A stretch of DNA of 64,000 nucleotides from Candidatus Levyibacteriota bacterium (GCA_963790825.1 CAWBPM010000002.1:487159-551158); one strand, 5' to 3'. Counted from the stretch's first letter, positions 21,411 through 31,531 are shown. The notes: generated by a model not told the origin, from the letters alone. A program made the numbers and translations.

Positions 21411-22145
21411 TTAGGGCGTAATAATATCATAATTTGCATAGATTTCTTGGACATCAGGATGCTCTTCGAGTTTTTCTAAAAATGCCAGAAGTTTATCTGC
21501 TGACTCTTTATCCGAGATTGTAATGACAGTAGTCGGACGTCTAATAAGTTTTGCCTCTACTATCTCAAGCCCTAAACTAATTAAGTTGTCTCGTACCTTT
21601 CCAAGTGTTTCAGCTCGCGTATAAATGAGAACCTGATCATCAACTTCTTCAACGTCTTCCGCACCATTGTCGGCTGACATGAGATAAATATCATCAAGAG
21701 TGCGTCCGTTTTTCTTAACCAAAATCATTCCTGCTTTTTGAAACTGGTAAGAAACCGAACCGGGTGTTGCGATATTGCCTCCATTTTTATCAAAAATACT
21801 TTTTACCTCAGGAGTAGTCCGCAATTTGTTATCAGTGACAGCTTCAACAATAATACTGATTCCACCGGGACCAAACCCTTCGTAAACGACTTCTTCAAGA
21901 TTTGCCGCGTCTTTGCTGGTTGCCCGCGTAATTGCCCGCTCAATATTATCCTTTGGCATGTTAGCATTTCTCGCAGCTTCTATTGCCAGACGCAGACGGA
22001 AATTCATGGCCGGGTCCCCTATCCCGCCCCCCTGCTTCACCGCTAAGGTAATTGCCATTGAGAGTTTAGTAAATGCTTGCCCCCTTTTAGCATCATTCGC
22101 ACCTTTTTGTCTTTTAATGGTCTTCCATTTTGAATGTCCGCTCAT
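21411..22145 (-). CDS. yebC: YebC/PmpR family DNA-binding regulator
   Basis: MSGHSKWKTIKRQKGANDAKRGQAFTKL, the canonical YebC N-terminus. Confidence 0.93.
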   Translation of the reverse strand: MSGHSKWKTIKRQKGANDAKRGQAFTKLSMAITLAVKQGGGIGDPAMNFRLRLAIEAARNANMPKDNIERAITRATSKDAANLEEVVYEGFGPGGISIIVEAVTDNKLRTTPEVKSIFDKNGGNIATPGSVSYQFQKAGMILVKKNGRTLDDIYLMSADNGAEDVEEVDDQVLIYTRAETLGKVRDNLISLGLEIVEAKLIRRPTTVITISDKESADKLLAFLEKLEEHPDVQEIYANYDIITP

Positions 22146-22198
22146 AGTTTTTGATAGCTAAAAATACGTAGCTAACAGCCTATTATAGTCTTTCTATA

Positions 22199-22245
22199 TT
22201 GACTTTTGCAATAAATACTTGTAGAATTACAAACTGTTATTGTAA
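22199..22245 (+). promoter_or_regulatory. Sigma70-like promoter TTGACT-N17-TAGAAT with the palindrome TTACAAACTGTTATTGTAA (22227-22245) overlapping the transcription start
   Basis: Seen in sequence, upstream of the 22277 gene and divergent from yebC. Confidence 0.4.
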
Positions 22246-22276
22246 CTGCCTAAAAAGTAAACGATAATAGTTCCGG

Positions 22277-22981
22277 ATGTCAGCATTAAAAGCTCAAGCT
22301 ATACAAACCGCCCTGCTGGGAGATTGGACTAACGCCATCCTTCTTAATCAAGCCATTCTTGATGAAGATCCCACTGATATAGACGCCCTCAATCGGCTCG
22401 CTTTCGCGTTTTTTAGCTCCGGGGATACCCGCGAAGCTAAAAATATTTATCAAAAAGTTCTCAGTCTTGATACATTAAATCCGATTGCCATGCGCAATCT
22501 AAAACGTTTAACCGTAAACGGTAAACGTCCGGTCGTCAATATTTTGCAACTTGGTAACCATTTTATTGAAGAGCCGGGTAAAACCAAAGTGGTCGATTTA
22601 ATTAATATTGCAGAACAAAAAATTATCGGTCCACTCCGCTCGGGAGAAATACTGACGCTTAGTGCAAAACGAATGAAAATATTTGTGCTGGAATCTCAAA
22701 AACAATATGTCGGTATGCTTCCTGATGATATCAGCAAGAGACTTATTAAATTCATTGACGGAGGCAACACCTACGAAGCATATGTAAAAGCAAACGACAA
22801 ACGTCATCTGTCAATTTTTATTCGTGAAACAAAGCGAGTGAATAGGTTTAGGGACCAGCCCTCATTTGTTTCAAGTGATAAGACAAAATTAACGTTTGAA
22901 AAAAATCGATCAGTGAAGCGTGATGATGATATTGATCAAGATAAACAGCCCTACGTTTTTGAGGAAGAAGAATCTTTATAA
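22277..22981 (+). CDS. Hypothetical protein with TPR-like N-terminal region
   Basis: ORF. N-terminal helical repeats (LNRLAFAFFSSGDTREAKNIYQKVLSLD). Confidence 0.5.
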   Translation: MSALKAQAIQTALLGDWTNAILLNQAILDEDPTDIDALNRLAFAFFSSGDTREAKNIYQKVLSLDTLNPIAMRNLKRLTVNGKRPVVNILQLGNHFIEEPGKTKVVDLINIAEQKIIGPLRSGEILTLSAKRMKIFVLESQKQYVGMLPDDISKRLIKFIDGGNTYEAYVKANDKRHLSIFIRETKRVNRFRDQPSFVSSDKTKLTFEKNRSVKRDDDIDQDKQPYVFEEEESL

Positions 22982-23131
22982 AAAATCACTTTTCCTTTGC
23001 GAAGATCTTTCTTTACTTTTTTTTCCAACTCCCCTGCTTTTCGTATACTGCTAAGTGAATGCAAAGCCAATATGAATGAGACAAAAAATAGTAGGCTAAT
23101 AATAAGAAAAAACATATAATTTGTATTAATC

Positions 23132-23971
23132 CTAAAATGCCTCCGATCTCAGACTATTTTTCCCAAGTATTATTATAATATCTGCTATTTGTTTAATGTT
23201 TACTTGCTGGATGGGAAAATGGAAAAGTTCGGTTAATTTTCTTAATGTATAGGAACTTTGCCCGTAATAAATAATACGAGAAGTATTACTGATATCTTGT
23301 GCCGTTGCAATATCAATAACATTTCCCCCTAAACTATTAATGATTCGTTCGCATCTCATTCCGAGGCCCGAAACTCCTGTAGCGTTGACAATTTGGATAC
23401 TGATATTTTCACTTTCTATTCCGTCATCGCTAAATTGTGTTACGAAATTATCAGGCAGATTATTTACGTCTTCAGGTAGTTTAACAGAAAGTACTTGTGT
23501 CTTTCCGCCGCCTATTTTCTGGGCAACAATCGCCATATTAAGAATATCGAAAATAGTAAGATCCGCATGGAGACCGGGACTCAATGCAAATGTCATAAGT
23601 TGTTTACTAATTGGCTGATTTATCTGTAAACTTGACGGATAAAATATTCTTCCGTCTATGCCAATACCCAATACTTTTCCTATTGTTCGGATATCTGAAT
23701 TTCCCGTAATTGAAACGCGTTGCAAGAAGTTACTCCCCTTGTCCATTGACAGTATTTCACTTTGCTTTTTCTGATCCTCAACTGCGATGGTAAAGCGATG
23801 CTGTCCGTCAAACTTGCTTGCTTTAAAAACATAAAATATCTTAATACCAACTGAAATGAGAATGAAAAATAAAACAACACTACAATAAATAAACAGCATT
23901 TTAAAGCTTTTCCCGTTTTCTTTTGCTTGCTGTTTCCTCTTCATTACCCCTATTATGGAACAATTTAGCAT
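23132..23971 (-). CDS. Membrane-anchored protein with LytR_C-like C-terminal domain (LCP-associated)
   Basis: TM near the N-terminus. C-terminus ISIQIVNATGVSGLGMRCERIINSLGGNVIDIATAQ...SRIIYYGQS resembles the LytR C-terminal domain. Alternative start Met10 at 23944. Confidence 0.5.
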   Translation of the reverse strand: MLNCSIIGVMKRKQQAKENGKSFKMLFIYCSVVLFFILISVGIKIFYVFKASKFDGQHRFTIAVEDQKKQSEILSMDKGSNFLQRVSITGNSDIRTIGKVLGIGIDGRIFYPSSLQINQPISKQLMTFALSPGLHADLTIFDILNMAIVAQKIGGGKTQVLSVKLPEDVNNLPDNFVTQFSDDGIESENISIQIVNATGVSGLGMRCERIINSLGGNVIDIATAQDISNTSRIIYYGQSSYTLRKLTELFHFPIQQVNIKQIADIIIILGKNSLRSEAF

Positions 23972-24035
23972 TGTTATGCAATCATGCCTAAAAATAACAG
24001 GCTGTGGAGTTAGAATGTCTTAGGGAAAAGAATAG

Positions 24036-24173
24036 TTATTTGTTTTTCTTAATGAGTTCAGGAAGTTTGAATACCGGTGCTCCTGACGAGATATTCTGCC
24101 CGAAAGATTTATTCTGCTTATTTTTTTTTGCTTTTTTCTTTTCTCCTTTATAAAATCCGCTGCCCTGTGCCAT
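24036..24173 (-). CDS. Small basic protein (45 aa: MAQGSGFYKGEKKKAKKNKQNKSFGQNISSGAPVFKLPELIKKNK), not in the ORF track
   Basis: Perfect SD GGAGGTGAATTTACT-ATG on the minus strand. Lysine-rich. Confidence 0.45.
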   Translation of the reverse strand: MAQGSGFYKGEKKKAKKNKQNKSFGQNISSGAPVFKLPELIKKNK

Positions 24174-24217
24174 AGTAAATTCACCTCCCGATAATTAAAA
24201 TGATTATAACATAACTT

Positions 24218-25018
24218 TTACTTTTCTTGAATTTCCTGCAAATTTTTTTCTATGAATTCCTTAAGTTCAATCGGTAGTGGACTTTCGAAATGCACTTCTT
24301 CCCCACTCTTTGGATGGAGGAAACTAATTTTTGCCGCATGGAGAAAAACCCGATTAAGAAGTTTTCTGTCTCTATTTGCAGTTTTACGTCCGGCGTAGAG
24401 AAAATCGGAAAAAATCGGGTGATTAAAATACTTCAAATGAACTCTGATTTGATGAGTTCTGCCTGTTTTTGGCGTCAATTCAACAAGAGATAACTCTTCC
24501 CTCTGTTTGCCGGGCATTAAAAAATACTGGGGTACCTGATAAAATGTTACCGATTCCCGTCCTCCCGCGACAATTCCAAATTGCCTACGGTTCCAAGGCA
24601 GTCGGTCTACCGGAACGTTAATTTCCCCATTCCGCGGAGCGATTCTGCCATGAGCTAAGGCAATATATGTTTTCTGCACGGTTCGCTCTTTAAATTGTTT
24701 TTGTAGATTTTGGAAAGCATCAGGATTTTTCGCAACCAAAAGGATTCCCGAAGTTTCCTTGTCTATGCGGTGTACTATCCCTCCCCGTTCACGGAATGCT
24801 TGCTGAAAATATTCTTTACTTGTGTAGTCATCAATTTTTTTCCTTCCAACTTTTAATTTTTCACTTTCAATTTTTAATTTGCTTTCCGTCCAATCCTGAA
24901 CAGTTAATTGGCTTTGGGTCGTATCAGACTTATTGACGGTGATGCCTGCCGGCTTATTTAAAACCAGTAAATCATCGTCTTCATAAATTATTTGGATGGG
25001 ATTTTCTTGATTTTCCAT
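24218..25018 (-). CDS. RluA-family 23S rRNA pseudouridine synthase (RluD-like)
   Basis: LLVLNKPAGITV, HRIDKETSGILLVAKN, HQIRVHL. Confidence 0.88.
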   Translation of the reverse strand: MENQENPIQIIYEDDDLLVLNKPAGITVNKSDTTQSQLTVQDWTESKLKIESEKLKVGRKKIDDYTSKEYFQQAFRERGGIVHRIDKETSGILLVAKNPDAFQNLQKQFKERTVQKTYIALAHGRIAPRNGEINVPVDRLPWNRRQFGIVAGGRESVTFYQVPQYFLMPGKQREELSLVELTPKTGRTHQIRVHLKYFNHPIFSDFLYAGRKTANRDRKLLNRVFLHAAKISFLHPKSGEEVHFESPLPIELKEFIEKNLQEIQEK

Positions 25019-25021
25019 AGT

Positions 25022-25717
25022 CTACTCTATTTTTTTACGTGTGGGTTTTATTTGTAAACGTAAAAAGAGGAAAAGAAAAATAAGTAAAATAATAAGGGTA
25101 AAAATGTCTTCGGGGGTAACTCTATATACATTGCCTTTTACATAAAATATGATACGGAGAACAAGAGAAATGAGTGAGACGTTAAAGACAAATAAGGTTC
25201 CGATACTGCCATCCCGGATACTACCCCGAAGCAGCTTCCTGTAGAGTACACGAATAAAGAAGAAGAAAAGAATGATATAGCATACCATTTCGATAAGTAT
25301 TTGAGGAGCTACGTTTAGCGGGTATAAAAAGATACTACCCAATAAAGCAAAGGGCAAAGCACAAAGAACAGAAAGAGAGAAAAAGTCTGCTAGTCTGCCC
25401 GCAGGATATTTTTTTAGTTTAGAAATATAGTAGATATACCCTCCTCCACCGAGTATTCCGCCTAAAAACGAAAGGCCGGGAAAATACGGTATTGCCAGAA
25501 TAATAATCGGGCTTAAAAAATGATTGCTGAAATGTAAAATAATATAGATAAGCCGGCTGCCAACGAGACCCATAAAAGAGGTGCTAAAAGCGAGGTTAAA
25601 TAAATACTCTAGCGTAACATTTCTCCTGATTAGGATGAGATCTTCCTGTCCCAGTTTATATAAACAAAAGAGGAAAATAAAAAAACTAATAATAAAAAAT
25701 AAAATAAAAAACAGCAT
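25022..25717 (-). CDS. Hypothetical polytopic membrane protein (231 aa)
   Basis: Hydrophobic helices. A tentative Lgt resemblance was checked and rejected. Confidence 0.5.
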   Translation of the reverse strand: MLFFILFFIISFFIFLFCLYKLGQEDLILIRRNVTLEYLFNLAFSTSFMGLVGSRLIYIILHFSNHFLSPIIILAIPYFPGLSFLGGILGGGGYIYYISKLKKYPAGRLADFFSLSVLCALPFALLGSIFLYPLNVAPQILIEMVCYIILFFFFIRVLYRKLLRGSIRDGSIGTLFVFNVSLISLVLRIIFYVKGNVYRVTPEDIFTLIILLIFLFLFLRLQIKPTRKKIE

Positions 25718-25720
25718 GTG

Positions 25721-26986
25721 TTAACGCATAACAACCCGGACAATACCGAGCATTACTAAACTAATTCCTATACCAATAATAACCCTTCCTACTCCTATTA
25801 AATCCGACAGTCCTCCAACCGCAATAATCGGCACCAGGGAAAAAATTCCGACAATACTGTTTAAGCCGCCGTAGATTTTCCCCCGGAATTCATCCGCTGT
25901 TTGTTCTTGTAAGATTGTGTTCGAAGGGACAAAAACAAGTGCGTTCGCAACTCCTAGAACAAACGCTAAAAAAATCAGAATATGAATATTTGTAATTGTC
26001 AAAAAGTGCGGAATAAGACTGTTAACTACCTTAACAAAATCATGCGAGCTGATCGCTGAAGCAAATGGCAGCACCATCATCGAAACTCCCGAGAGAAATA
26101 GACCCACAATAACCATTTTATTTCTGGAATAATGATGAAATACGTTTACCAAAAATATTCCGCCCAAGATCATTCCGAGCGCCGCAGGTGTTACAAAAAT
26201 AACCGGAAATTCTTCAACTTTCATGCCTAACACCTGGTTAGCAAATCCCGGAATGACGGCGGCAATAACTAAAATAAGAATTTGCGCCAACGCCAGCAGA
26301 AAAAGCGATCCATAGATTTCCCGCGTCCGGCTCATAAGCTCCAAAGCGCGCTTTATTTCTCGTCCTATATCTAAATTCGCCATAAAATCGATCGAATCAG
26401 GCTTTTTTTGTGTTTTGGGTAGTTTAATGAAAGATATAAAAACCGCTCCAATCAAAAGCGCCACAGCTAAAATAATCAGCGTTCCAATTTGTCCGAAAAG
26501 CAAAATTAGTGGTCCCGAGAGAACATAGGCGAGAAGAATTGAGCCAAAAATAGCCATGCTGAATAGTGCATTTGCCGAAAACAGCACTTCTTGTTTTACA
26601 AGAAGCGGAATCATAGGTGTTTCGGCAGGAATAAAAAATTGAGTAACAATGGAGATGCAGAAAGAAACAAGATAAATTATGAGTAAATTCGTATGGAAAA
26701 ACGCCAAAAACAACAAAAGGAAAGCGCGAAGAATATTACAAATTCCCAGTACTCTTTTTTTATCCCGCCTGTCGACATAGACACCTGCCACAATGCCAAA
26801 TAAAATTGCCGGAATAGTGAATGATATAATAACACCTGCCACAGCAGTGTTGGAGTGCGTCAATGTATACACGGTAAGAATAAGATAGAAATTAAAAAGA
26901 TTGACAGAAATCTGGGTAAAAATCTCGCTCAGCCAGAGAAAAAGGAAAGGTTTTTCGCTAAATGCCTGGAAAATATTATGTTTCAT
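25721..26986 (-). CDS. MFS family transporter
   Basis: About 12 TM segments and a VYVDRRDKKRVLGICNILRA loop motif typical of MFS. Confidence 0.8.
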   Translation of the reverse strand: MKHNIFQAFSEKPFLFLWLSEIFTQISVNLFNFYLILTVYTLTHSNTAVAGVIISFTIPAILFGIVAGVYVDRRDKKRVLGICNILRAFLLLFLAFFHTNLLIIYLVSFCISIVTQFFIPAETPMIPLLVKQEVLFSANALFSMAIFGSILLAYVLSGPLILLFGQIGTLIILAVALLIGAVFISFIKLPKTQKKPDSIDFMANLDIGREIKRALELMSRTREIYGSLFLLALAQILILVIAAVIPGFANQVLGMKVEEFPVIFVTPAALGMILGGIFLVNVFHHYSRNKMVIVGLFLSGVSMMVLPFASAISSHDFVKVVNSLIPHFLTITNIHILIFLAFVLGVANALVFVPSNTILQEQTADEFRGKIYGGLNSIVGIFSLVPIIAVGGLSDLIGVGRVIIGIGISLVMLGIVRVVMR

Positions 26987-27543
26987 TCTTGGGCTCTTTC
27001 GGAATATGCACCGGTGCGGGTATCAATTCGAATCGTGTCACCCGAATTGATAAAAAGTGGAACTTTCGTTTTCAATCCGTTCTCAAGTATTGCATCTTTA
27101 AAAACATTTGTCGCTGAATTTCCTTTTATTCCAGGTGCGGTTTCTGAGACAACAAAAACCATTTTAGGCGGTAGTTGGACCGAAAGCGCCCGGTCTCCGA
27201 GAAAACTAACGGTAAAACTTTCTCCTTCTTTTAAATATTCATATTGGTCTATTACGTCAAGAGCAATGGTAATTTGCTCATACGTTTGCAAATTCATAAA
27301 ATAAGCATTTTCGTCATCCTTATAGAGAAATTGCAGTTCATTCTTTGCGACTGTAACAGCATCTACTTTGGCACCGTTAATGTAGCTTTTCTCCACCGTT
27401 GAGCCATTGCTAAGATTCTTTACTCTAACTTTAATATTTGCCGAACCCCTACCCATTTTAATGTGTTCGTAGGAGATTACTTGATATAAATTACCGTCTT
27501 CACGGTATGTTGTACCGGATTTTAGATCTGTAACACCAATCAT
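26983..27543 (-). CDS. efp: Translation elongation factor P
   Basis: MIGVTDLKSGTTYREDGNLYQVISYEHIKMGRGSANIKVRVKNL. Loop-tip residue is Arg. Confidence 0.93.
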   Translation of the reverse strand: MIGVTDLKSGTTYREDGNLYQVISYEHIKMGRGSANIKVRVKNLSNGSTVEKSYINGAKVDAVTVAKNELQFLYKDDENAYFMNLQTYEQITIALDVIDQYEYLKEGESFTVSFLGDRALSVQLPPKMVFVVSETAPGIKGNSATNVFKDAILENGLKTKVPLFINSGDTIRIDTRTGAYSERAQE

Positions 27544-27603
27544 AGTTAATTAAAAATTCAAAGTGAAAAGTTTAATGTTATTGAGCTTAACAACTTGTAT
27601 AAT

Positions 27604-29139
27604 TTACTTTCCTTTTCGCTCTTCCATTAATTGTAGCATAGTTCTGACACCAAATCCGCTCCCGCCTTTCGGCCCCAAACTATGCGGTTTTTCGGCAAAA
27701 GCCGGTCCAGCGATGTCAAAATGTACCCAGGATTTATCTCCGATAAATTCCTGCAAGAAAAGTGCGGCAGTAATTGTCCCAGCGTAACGGGAATTTGGAA
27801 TGTTGGCAATGTCTGCAATTTCGCTTTTGTTCATGTCTTTATACTCTTTTTCCAAAGGTAATTCCCAAACCTTTTCTCCTGCTCTATAAGCAGCATTTTT
27901 AACTGAGTCAACCAAATCCCTGTTGTTGGAAAAAATAGCAGCAATTTCGGTTCCCAATGCCACCAAGCATGCTCCGGTCAACGTGGCAAAATCGATAATC
28001 TCAGTTGCTCCTTCTTTTACCGCAAAAGAAAGACTATCTGCCATAGTGACTCTTCCCTCCGCATCGGTGTTCAGAACTTCAATTGTCTTTCCGTTTAGAG
28101 CTTTTACGACGTCGCCCGGGACAATTGACTCGCCCGAGATGAGATTCGGAGTTGCGGCAATAAGACCCATGACTGGAAAATCGGGTTTGATCTTTGCTAT
28201 GACGGAAAATACGCCGAGAACTGTCGCTGCACCTGCCATATCCATTTTCATATCCTGCATATGATCACCCGGTTTGACATTAATACCGCCGCTGTCAAAC
28301 GTAATTCCCTTCCCGACCAATGCCAGTTTTCTTTTACTTTTCGCTTTTTCCGGTGTATATGAAAGGAAAATAAATTTCGGCTCAGCTGCTGATGCGCGAG
28401 CAATGCCGAGTAGTGCTTCCATTCCCATCCTTGTAAGTTCTGTCTTGCCAAAAACTTTACACGTGATAAGCGGGCTGGATTTGGCAATGTCTTTGCCTAA
28501 ATTTGCCAAATACTCAGGTGTCGCAATCGCCGCTTGCTCGTTTACCAAATCTCGCGCCAAGATAGTTGCATCCGAATAAAGTATGGCTTTTTCAATTGCC
28601 TTTCTCACTTTATTTGACGGAGTCTCTTCTGAAATTGCGAGAATAATAGTTTCCAGATTTCTTTCTTCGGGCTTCTTGGCTTTATATTTCAGAAAAGTGT
28701 AGTTTGCCAAATTAACCGCTTCTACAATAACATGCACAACGTCTTTCATATCCTCATCTGCTACTCCCTGCACAGAAATTGTTAGTGAATTAATCTTCCC
28801 TTTTTGAGACGTGACAAATTTACCGGTAATATTTCGTAAATCATTGAGGACAAATTCGGTTTCTTTACCCAAACCCAAGACAACTACCTTGGTTGGTACA
28901 ATTTTTCCCTGAGTAAATAAAATGCACGTTTTTTCTGATTCTCCTTTAAAATGCTCTACGTTACAAATTGCCGATAATTGTCCGTCGAGTGTTTGGTCAA
29001 GCTGTGTAAACGCAGAAGACGTGAGATAGGATTTTTCATCTTCTTTTTCAAATACATACACGAGAAGAATGTCGGACGAGATTTTTGAAAGAAGATTTTG
29101 TGAGACTTCAAATTTCATAGCTAAGCGATATTTTATCAT
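27604..29139 (-). CDS. pepA: Leucyl aminopeptidase (M17 family)
   Basis: NTDAEGR signature, DMAGAA, and KPGDHMQDMKMDMAGAA metal ligands. Confidence 0.9.
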   Translation of the reverse strand: MIKYRLAMKFEVSQNLLSKISSDILLVYVFEKEDEKSYLTSSAFTQLDQTLDGQLSAICNVEHFKGESEKTCILFTQGKIVPTKVVVLGLGKETEFVLNDLRNITGKFVTSQKGKINSLTISVQGVADEDMKDVVHVIVEAVNLANYTFLKYKAKKPEERNLETIILAISEETPSNKVRKAIEKAILYSDATILARDLVNEQAAIATPEYLANLGKDIAKSSPLITCKVFGKTELTRMGMEALLGIARASAAEPKFIFLSYTPEKAKSKRKLALVGKGITFDSGGINVKPGDHMQDMKMDMAGAATVLGVFSVIAKIKPDFPVMGLIAATPNLISGESIVPGDVVKALNGKTIEVLNTDAEGRVTMADSLSFAVKEGATEIIDFATLTGACLVALGTEIAAIFSNNRDLVDSVKNAAYRAGEKVWELPLEKEYKDMNKSEIADIANIPNSRYAGTITAALFLQEFIGDKSWVHFDIAGPAFAEKPHSLGPKGGSGFGVRTMLQLMEERKGK

Positions 29140-29215
29140 CTAAACGTGAAAAAAGAAAGCGAACGAGAACAATTTTCATTTCTATCTACGGCCAACTGAA
29201 AATTGTTAGGTCTGT

Positions 29216-29244
29216 TGAATATCGAATGTAAATACCGTAAAATA
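29216..29244 (+). promoter_or_regulatory. Sigma70-like promoter TTGAAT-N17-TAAAAT about 15 nt upstream of tRNA-Leu
   Basis: Seen in sequence. Confidence 0.5.
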
Positions 29245-29259
29245 CTATATAAGCGACTA

Positions 29260-29344
29260 GCCGGGATGGCGGAATGGTATACGCGGTAGTCTCAAAAACT
29301 ACTGGCTCTAAACGGCCTTGTGGGTTCGACTCCCTCTCCCGGTA
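29260..29344 (+). tRNA. tRNA-Leu (anticodon CAA), class II with long variable arm; no encoded CCA
   Basis: Hand-folded: acceptor GCCGGGA/TCCCGGT (G1:U72), D-stem GCG/CGC, anticodon stem GTAGT/ACTAC, loop CTCAAAA (U33, A37), variable arm ~16 nt, T-arm GTGGG-TTCGACT-CCCTC, discriminator A. Confidence 0.85.
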
Positions 29345-29366
29345 CTAAAATATCGAGTTTTGTTAT

Positions 29367-30965
29367 TTACCATGGGCACTCTTCATCCCAATCCTCTTCG
29401 TCTTTTCCAAATATAAACTCCATTTGTTTTGACTGACCTTCTTTGATCTTTTCAAGTGTTTCATGATCTGCAAAATCGTATTCATCCCATTCTCTTCCTT
29501 CATTACCCGGATCTACCAAATCAAATAATTTAGCCATCGGCGGCTCTTCGCTATGAACTGCATCGTTTAGAAAAAGATTTTCTTCCCAATCGTAATCAAC
29601 AGTAAATTCCGGTTCTTGATCAGGCAATGGAATTTCCTCGGTTTCCAAGTCTTCAAGAGTTGCAAGTTCCCCCCTGTATAAATGTTCCGGTCTTCCCAGT
29701 CCAACTGTTTTATATCCTTGGTCCCGTACAATTCCAGCCGTATACTGAAGTGCTGTTATTGCCTCTTTCTCACCCCCATACAGATTTTGCTGATAAATAT
29801 CGAGGACATTGGTAAATAATTTCTCCATATTGCTATTAATTTTAGGACCAAACCACATAGTTTTAGTAAAAACTTTTTTAGAGACCCTGTCATGAAATGA
29901 GAGCAACAAATCTGAGCAGCGTTGTATCTTACTTGGCTGAACCATCAGAGAATAAAAAACAGCAGCTCCACTACCGGCGCGGTTTGCAATATTTATAAAT
30001 GCAGCTTTAAATGCATCTGGATTAACTGCTTGCAGTCTTTGACTGTATTCATTAACTTCGTTAACTTGTTGTTTCGTTTCCTCTTCATCTTTCGGATATT
30101 TTTTTATATAATTTTCCGCTCCGCTTATATAGGATAGCTGTGCATAGGCAAACTTTCCCAGCCGAGATAATCCATAACCGAACCATTTCGTTATATCTTT
30201 CCCTCTTTTTGTTCGCGGAACTTCCGTTTGCACTTGTTGTAAGTCTTTTACTGCTTGCACTGGTGGATAGTCTGTATATGCATGCAAAAGTGCTACTCCA
30301 GGCAACGTCCACCCTGTCGTCTCTCTGCCAAACCGGCGAACCATATCTTCTGTCATATCCGTAAATTCTTCAACAGTAGGATTATTTTTCCCAAGAATAT
30401 GTGGAACACTGTACATAAACGTGTCAGCTAACCGGAGGGAGCCAATTCCACGCAAATATGCTCCGGAAACGCGTAGTGTCTGCAGATCTCCCCCCTTTTC
30501 AAGGTATTCCGGAAGTCGACTTGCATACCTGGCTGCGAATAATTTTCCGCCTGCATCGACTGCCGTATCGACTGATTCAAAAAATGCATTCGGGTCTATT
30601 CCCTGCTTTCGCACATCATTATATGATCTTGTAAACTGCGCTGCAGCTTTCATACCAAACCTCTGATACGCCAGTGGCACTAATTTACTGTATGTTTCAA
30701 AATCAAAGTCAGGTCTGCCTAGCTCATCCATGGAGTGTTCTATAAATCGCTCTGCCTGGACAGGATTATAACTTCTGCCCAAATGTATCGTTTCTTCTTC
30801 AATTTGCGCTGTCCAGTTGCCTTTTCTTACCATTTCCTCGACAAATTTTCCCAGCGCTTTCACTGATTCTGTCTCAGAACTGCCAATTGCAGCTTCTACT
30901 CTTTCCCGCGCATGACGCTCTTCTGACTGGTAATATGACGCATATCCTTGTTTTTCGGATGACAT
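29367..30965 (-). CDS. Hypothetical 532-aa protein with strongly acidic C-terminus (...DWDEECPW)
   Basis: Long ORF with no recognisable domain. Immediately adjacent to the tRNA-Leu gene. Confidence 0.55.
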   Translation of the reverse strand: MSSEKQGYASYYQSEERHARERVEAAIGSSETESVKALGKFVEEMVRKGNWTAQIEEETIHLGRSYNPVQAERFIEHSMDELGRPDFDFETYSKLVPLAYQRFGMKAAAQFTRSYNDVRKQGIDPNAFFESVDTAVDAGGKLFAARYASRLPEYLEKGGDLQTLRVSGAYLRGIGSLRLADTFMYSVPHILGKNNPTVEEFTDMTEDMVRRFGRETTGWTLPGVALLHAYTDYPPVQAVKDLQQVQTEVPRTKRGKDITKWFGYGLSRLGKFAYAQLSYISGAENYIKKYPKDEEETKQQVNEVNEYSQRLQAVNPDAFKAAFINIANRAGSGAAVFYSLMVQPSKIQRCSDLLLSFHDRVSKKVFTKTMWFGPKINSNMEKLFTNVLDIYQQNLYGGEKEAITALQYTAGIVRDQGYKTVGLGRPEHLYRGELATLEDLETEEIPLPDQEPEFTVDYDWEENLFLNDAVHSEEPPMAKLFDLVDPGNEGREWDEYDFADHETLEKIKEGQSKQMEFIFGKDEEDWDEECPW

Positions 30966-31141
30966 AATTTCGCATTATACATCGAGGATTTTGAAAAAAC
31001 CATGGTCGTAGAATTCGTAAAATTTTCTCTGCTTGCCGCCTAAGAAGAAAAATTTTAGCAGTCTTTTGCGTCTGGTACATTAGTCTGAATTTGTTTATCC
31101 CCTTTCGCAGAAAATCACGATTGTAAGATTATAGATGAATG

Positions 31142-31531
31142 CTAAGGGTTTCTGTTTCGGAAGGATTTCGCTTCCGACGAAGTGTGAATAAAATCTCGAT
31201 CGTAAGGCTGGGGAGCTTTATCTGCAGAAACAGACGCATCAACTACCTGTCTAAATAATGGCTCGGAGAATTGACCCTGAGCTAATAATATTTCACTTCC
31301 GCCTAGACTCTGAGCGAGAGAAGAATTTGGATCGCTTAGCCTAACACGTAGCGCTCTATATTTATCTATTCTTTCAACTATTATCCCCCTATACCACTTT
31401 CTCTCACCTTTCTCATCTTTACCTAAACTAAACTCTACCTCAGGTAGCCGGTTATGGTTATTAGTACCAGGTTCTATTGGCAATAATTCTCTATTATTAT
31501 TCATTGTTATATTATCTCCGGCAAACTTCAA
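31142..31531 (-). CDS. Hypothetical protein (129 aa)
   Basis: ORF only. Lies between the ABC exporter and the 532-aa protein. Confidence 0.45.
   Translation of the reverse strand: MKFAGDNITMNNNRELLPIEPGTNNHNRLPEVEFSLGKDEKGERKWYRGIIVERIDKYRALRVRLSDPNSSLAQSLGGSEILLAQGQFSEPLFRQVVDASVSADKAPQPYDRDFIHTSSEAKSFRNRNP

Noticed and set aside
25022-25717. Prolipoprotein diacylglyceryl transferase (Lgt)
   Set aside because: Lgt signature GRLGNFINGEL is absent; only generic hydrophobicity is shared.
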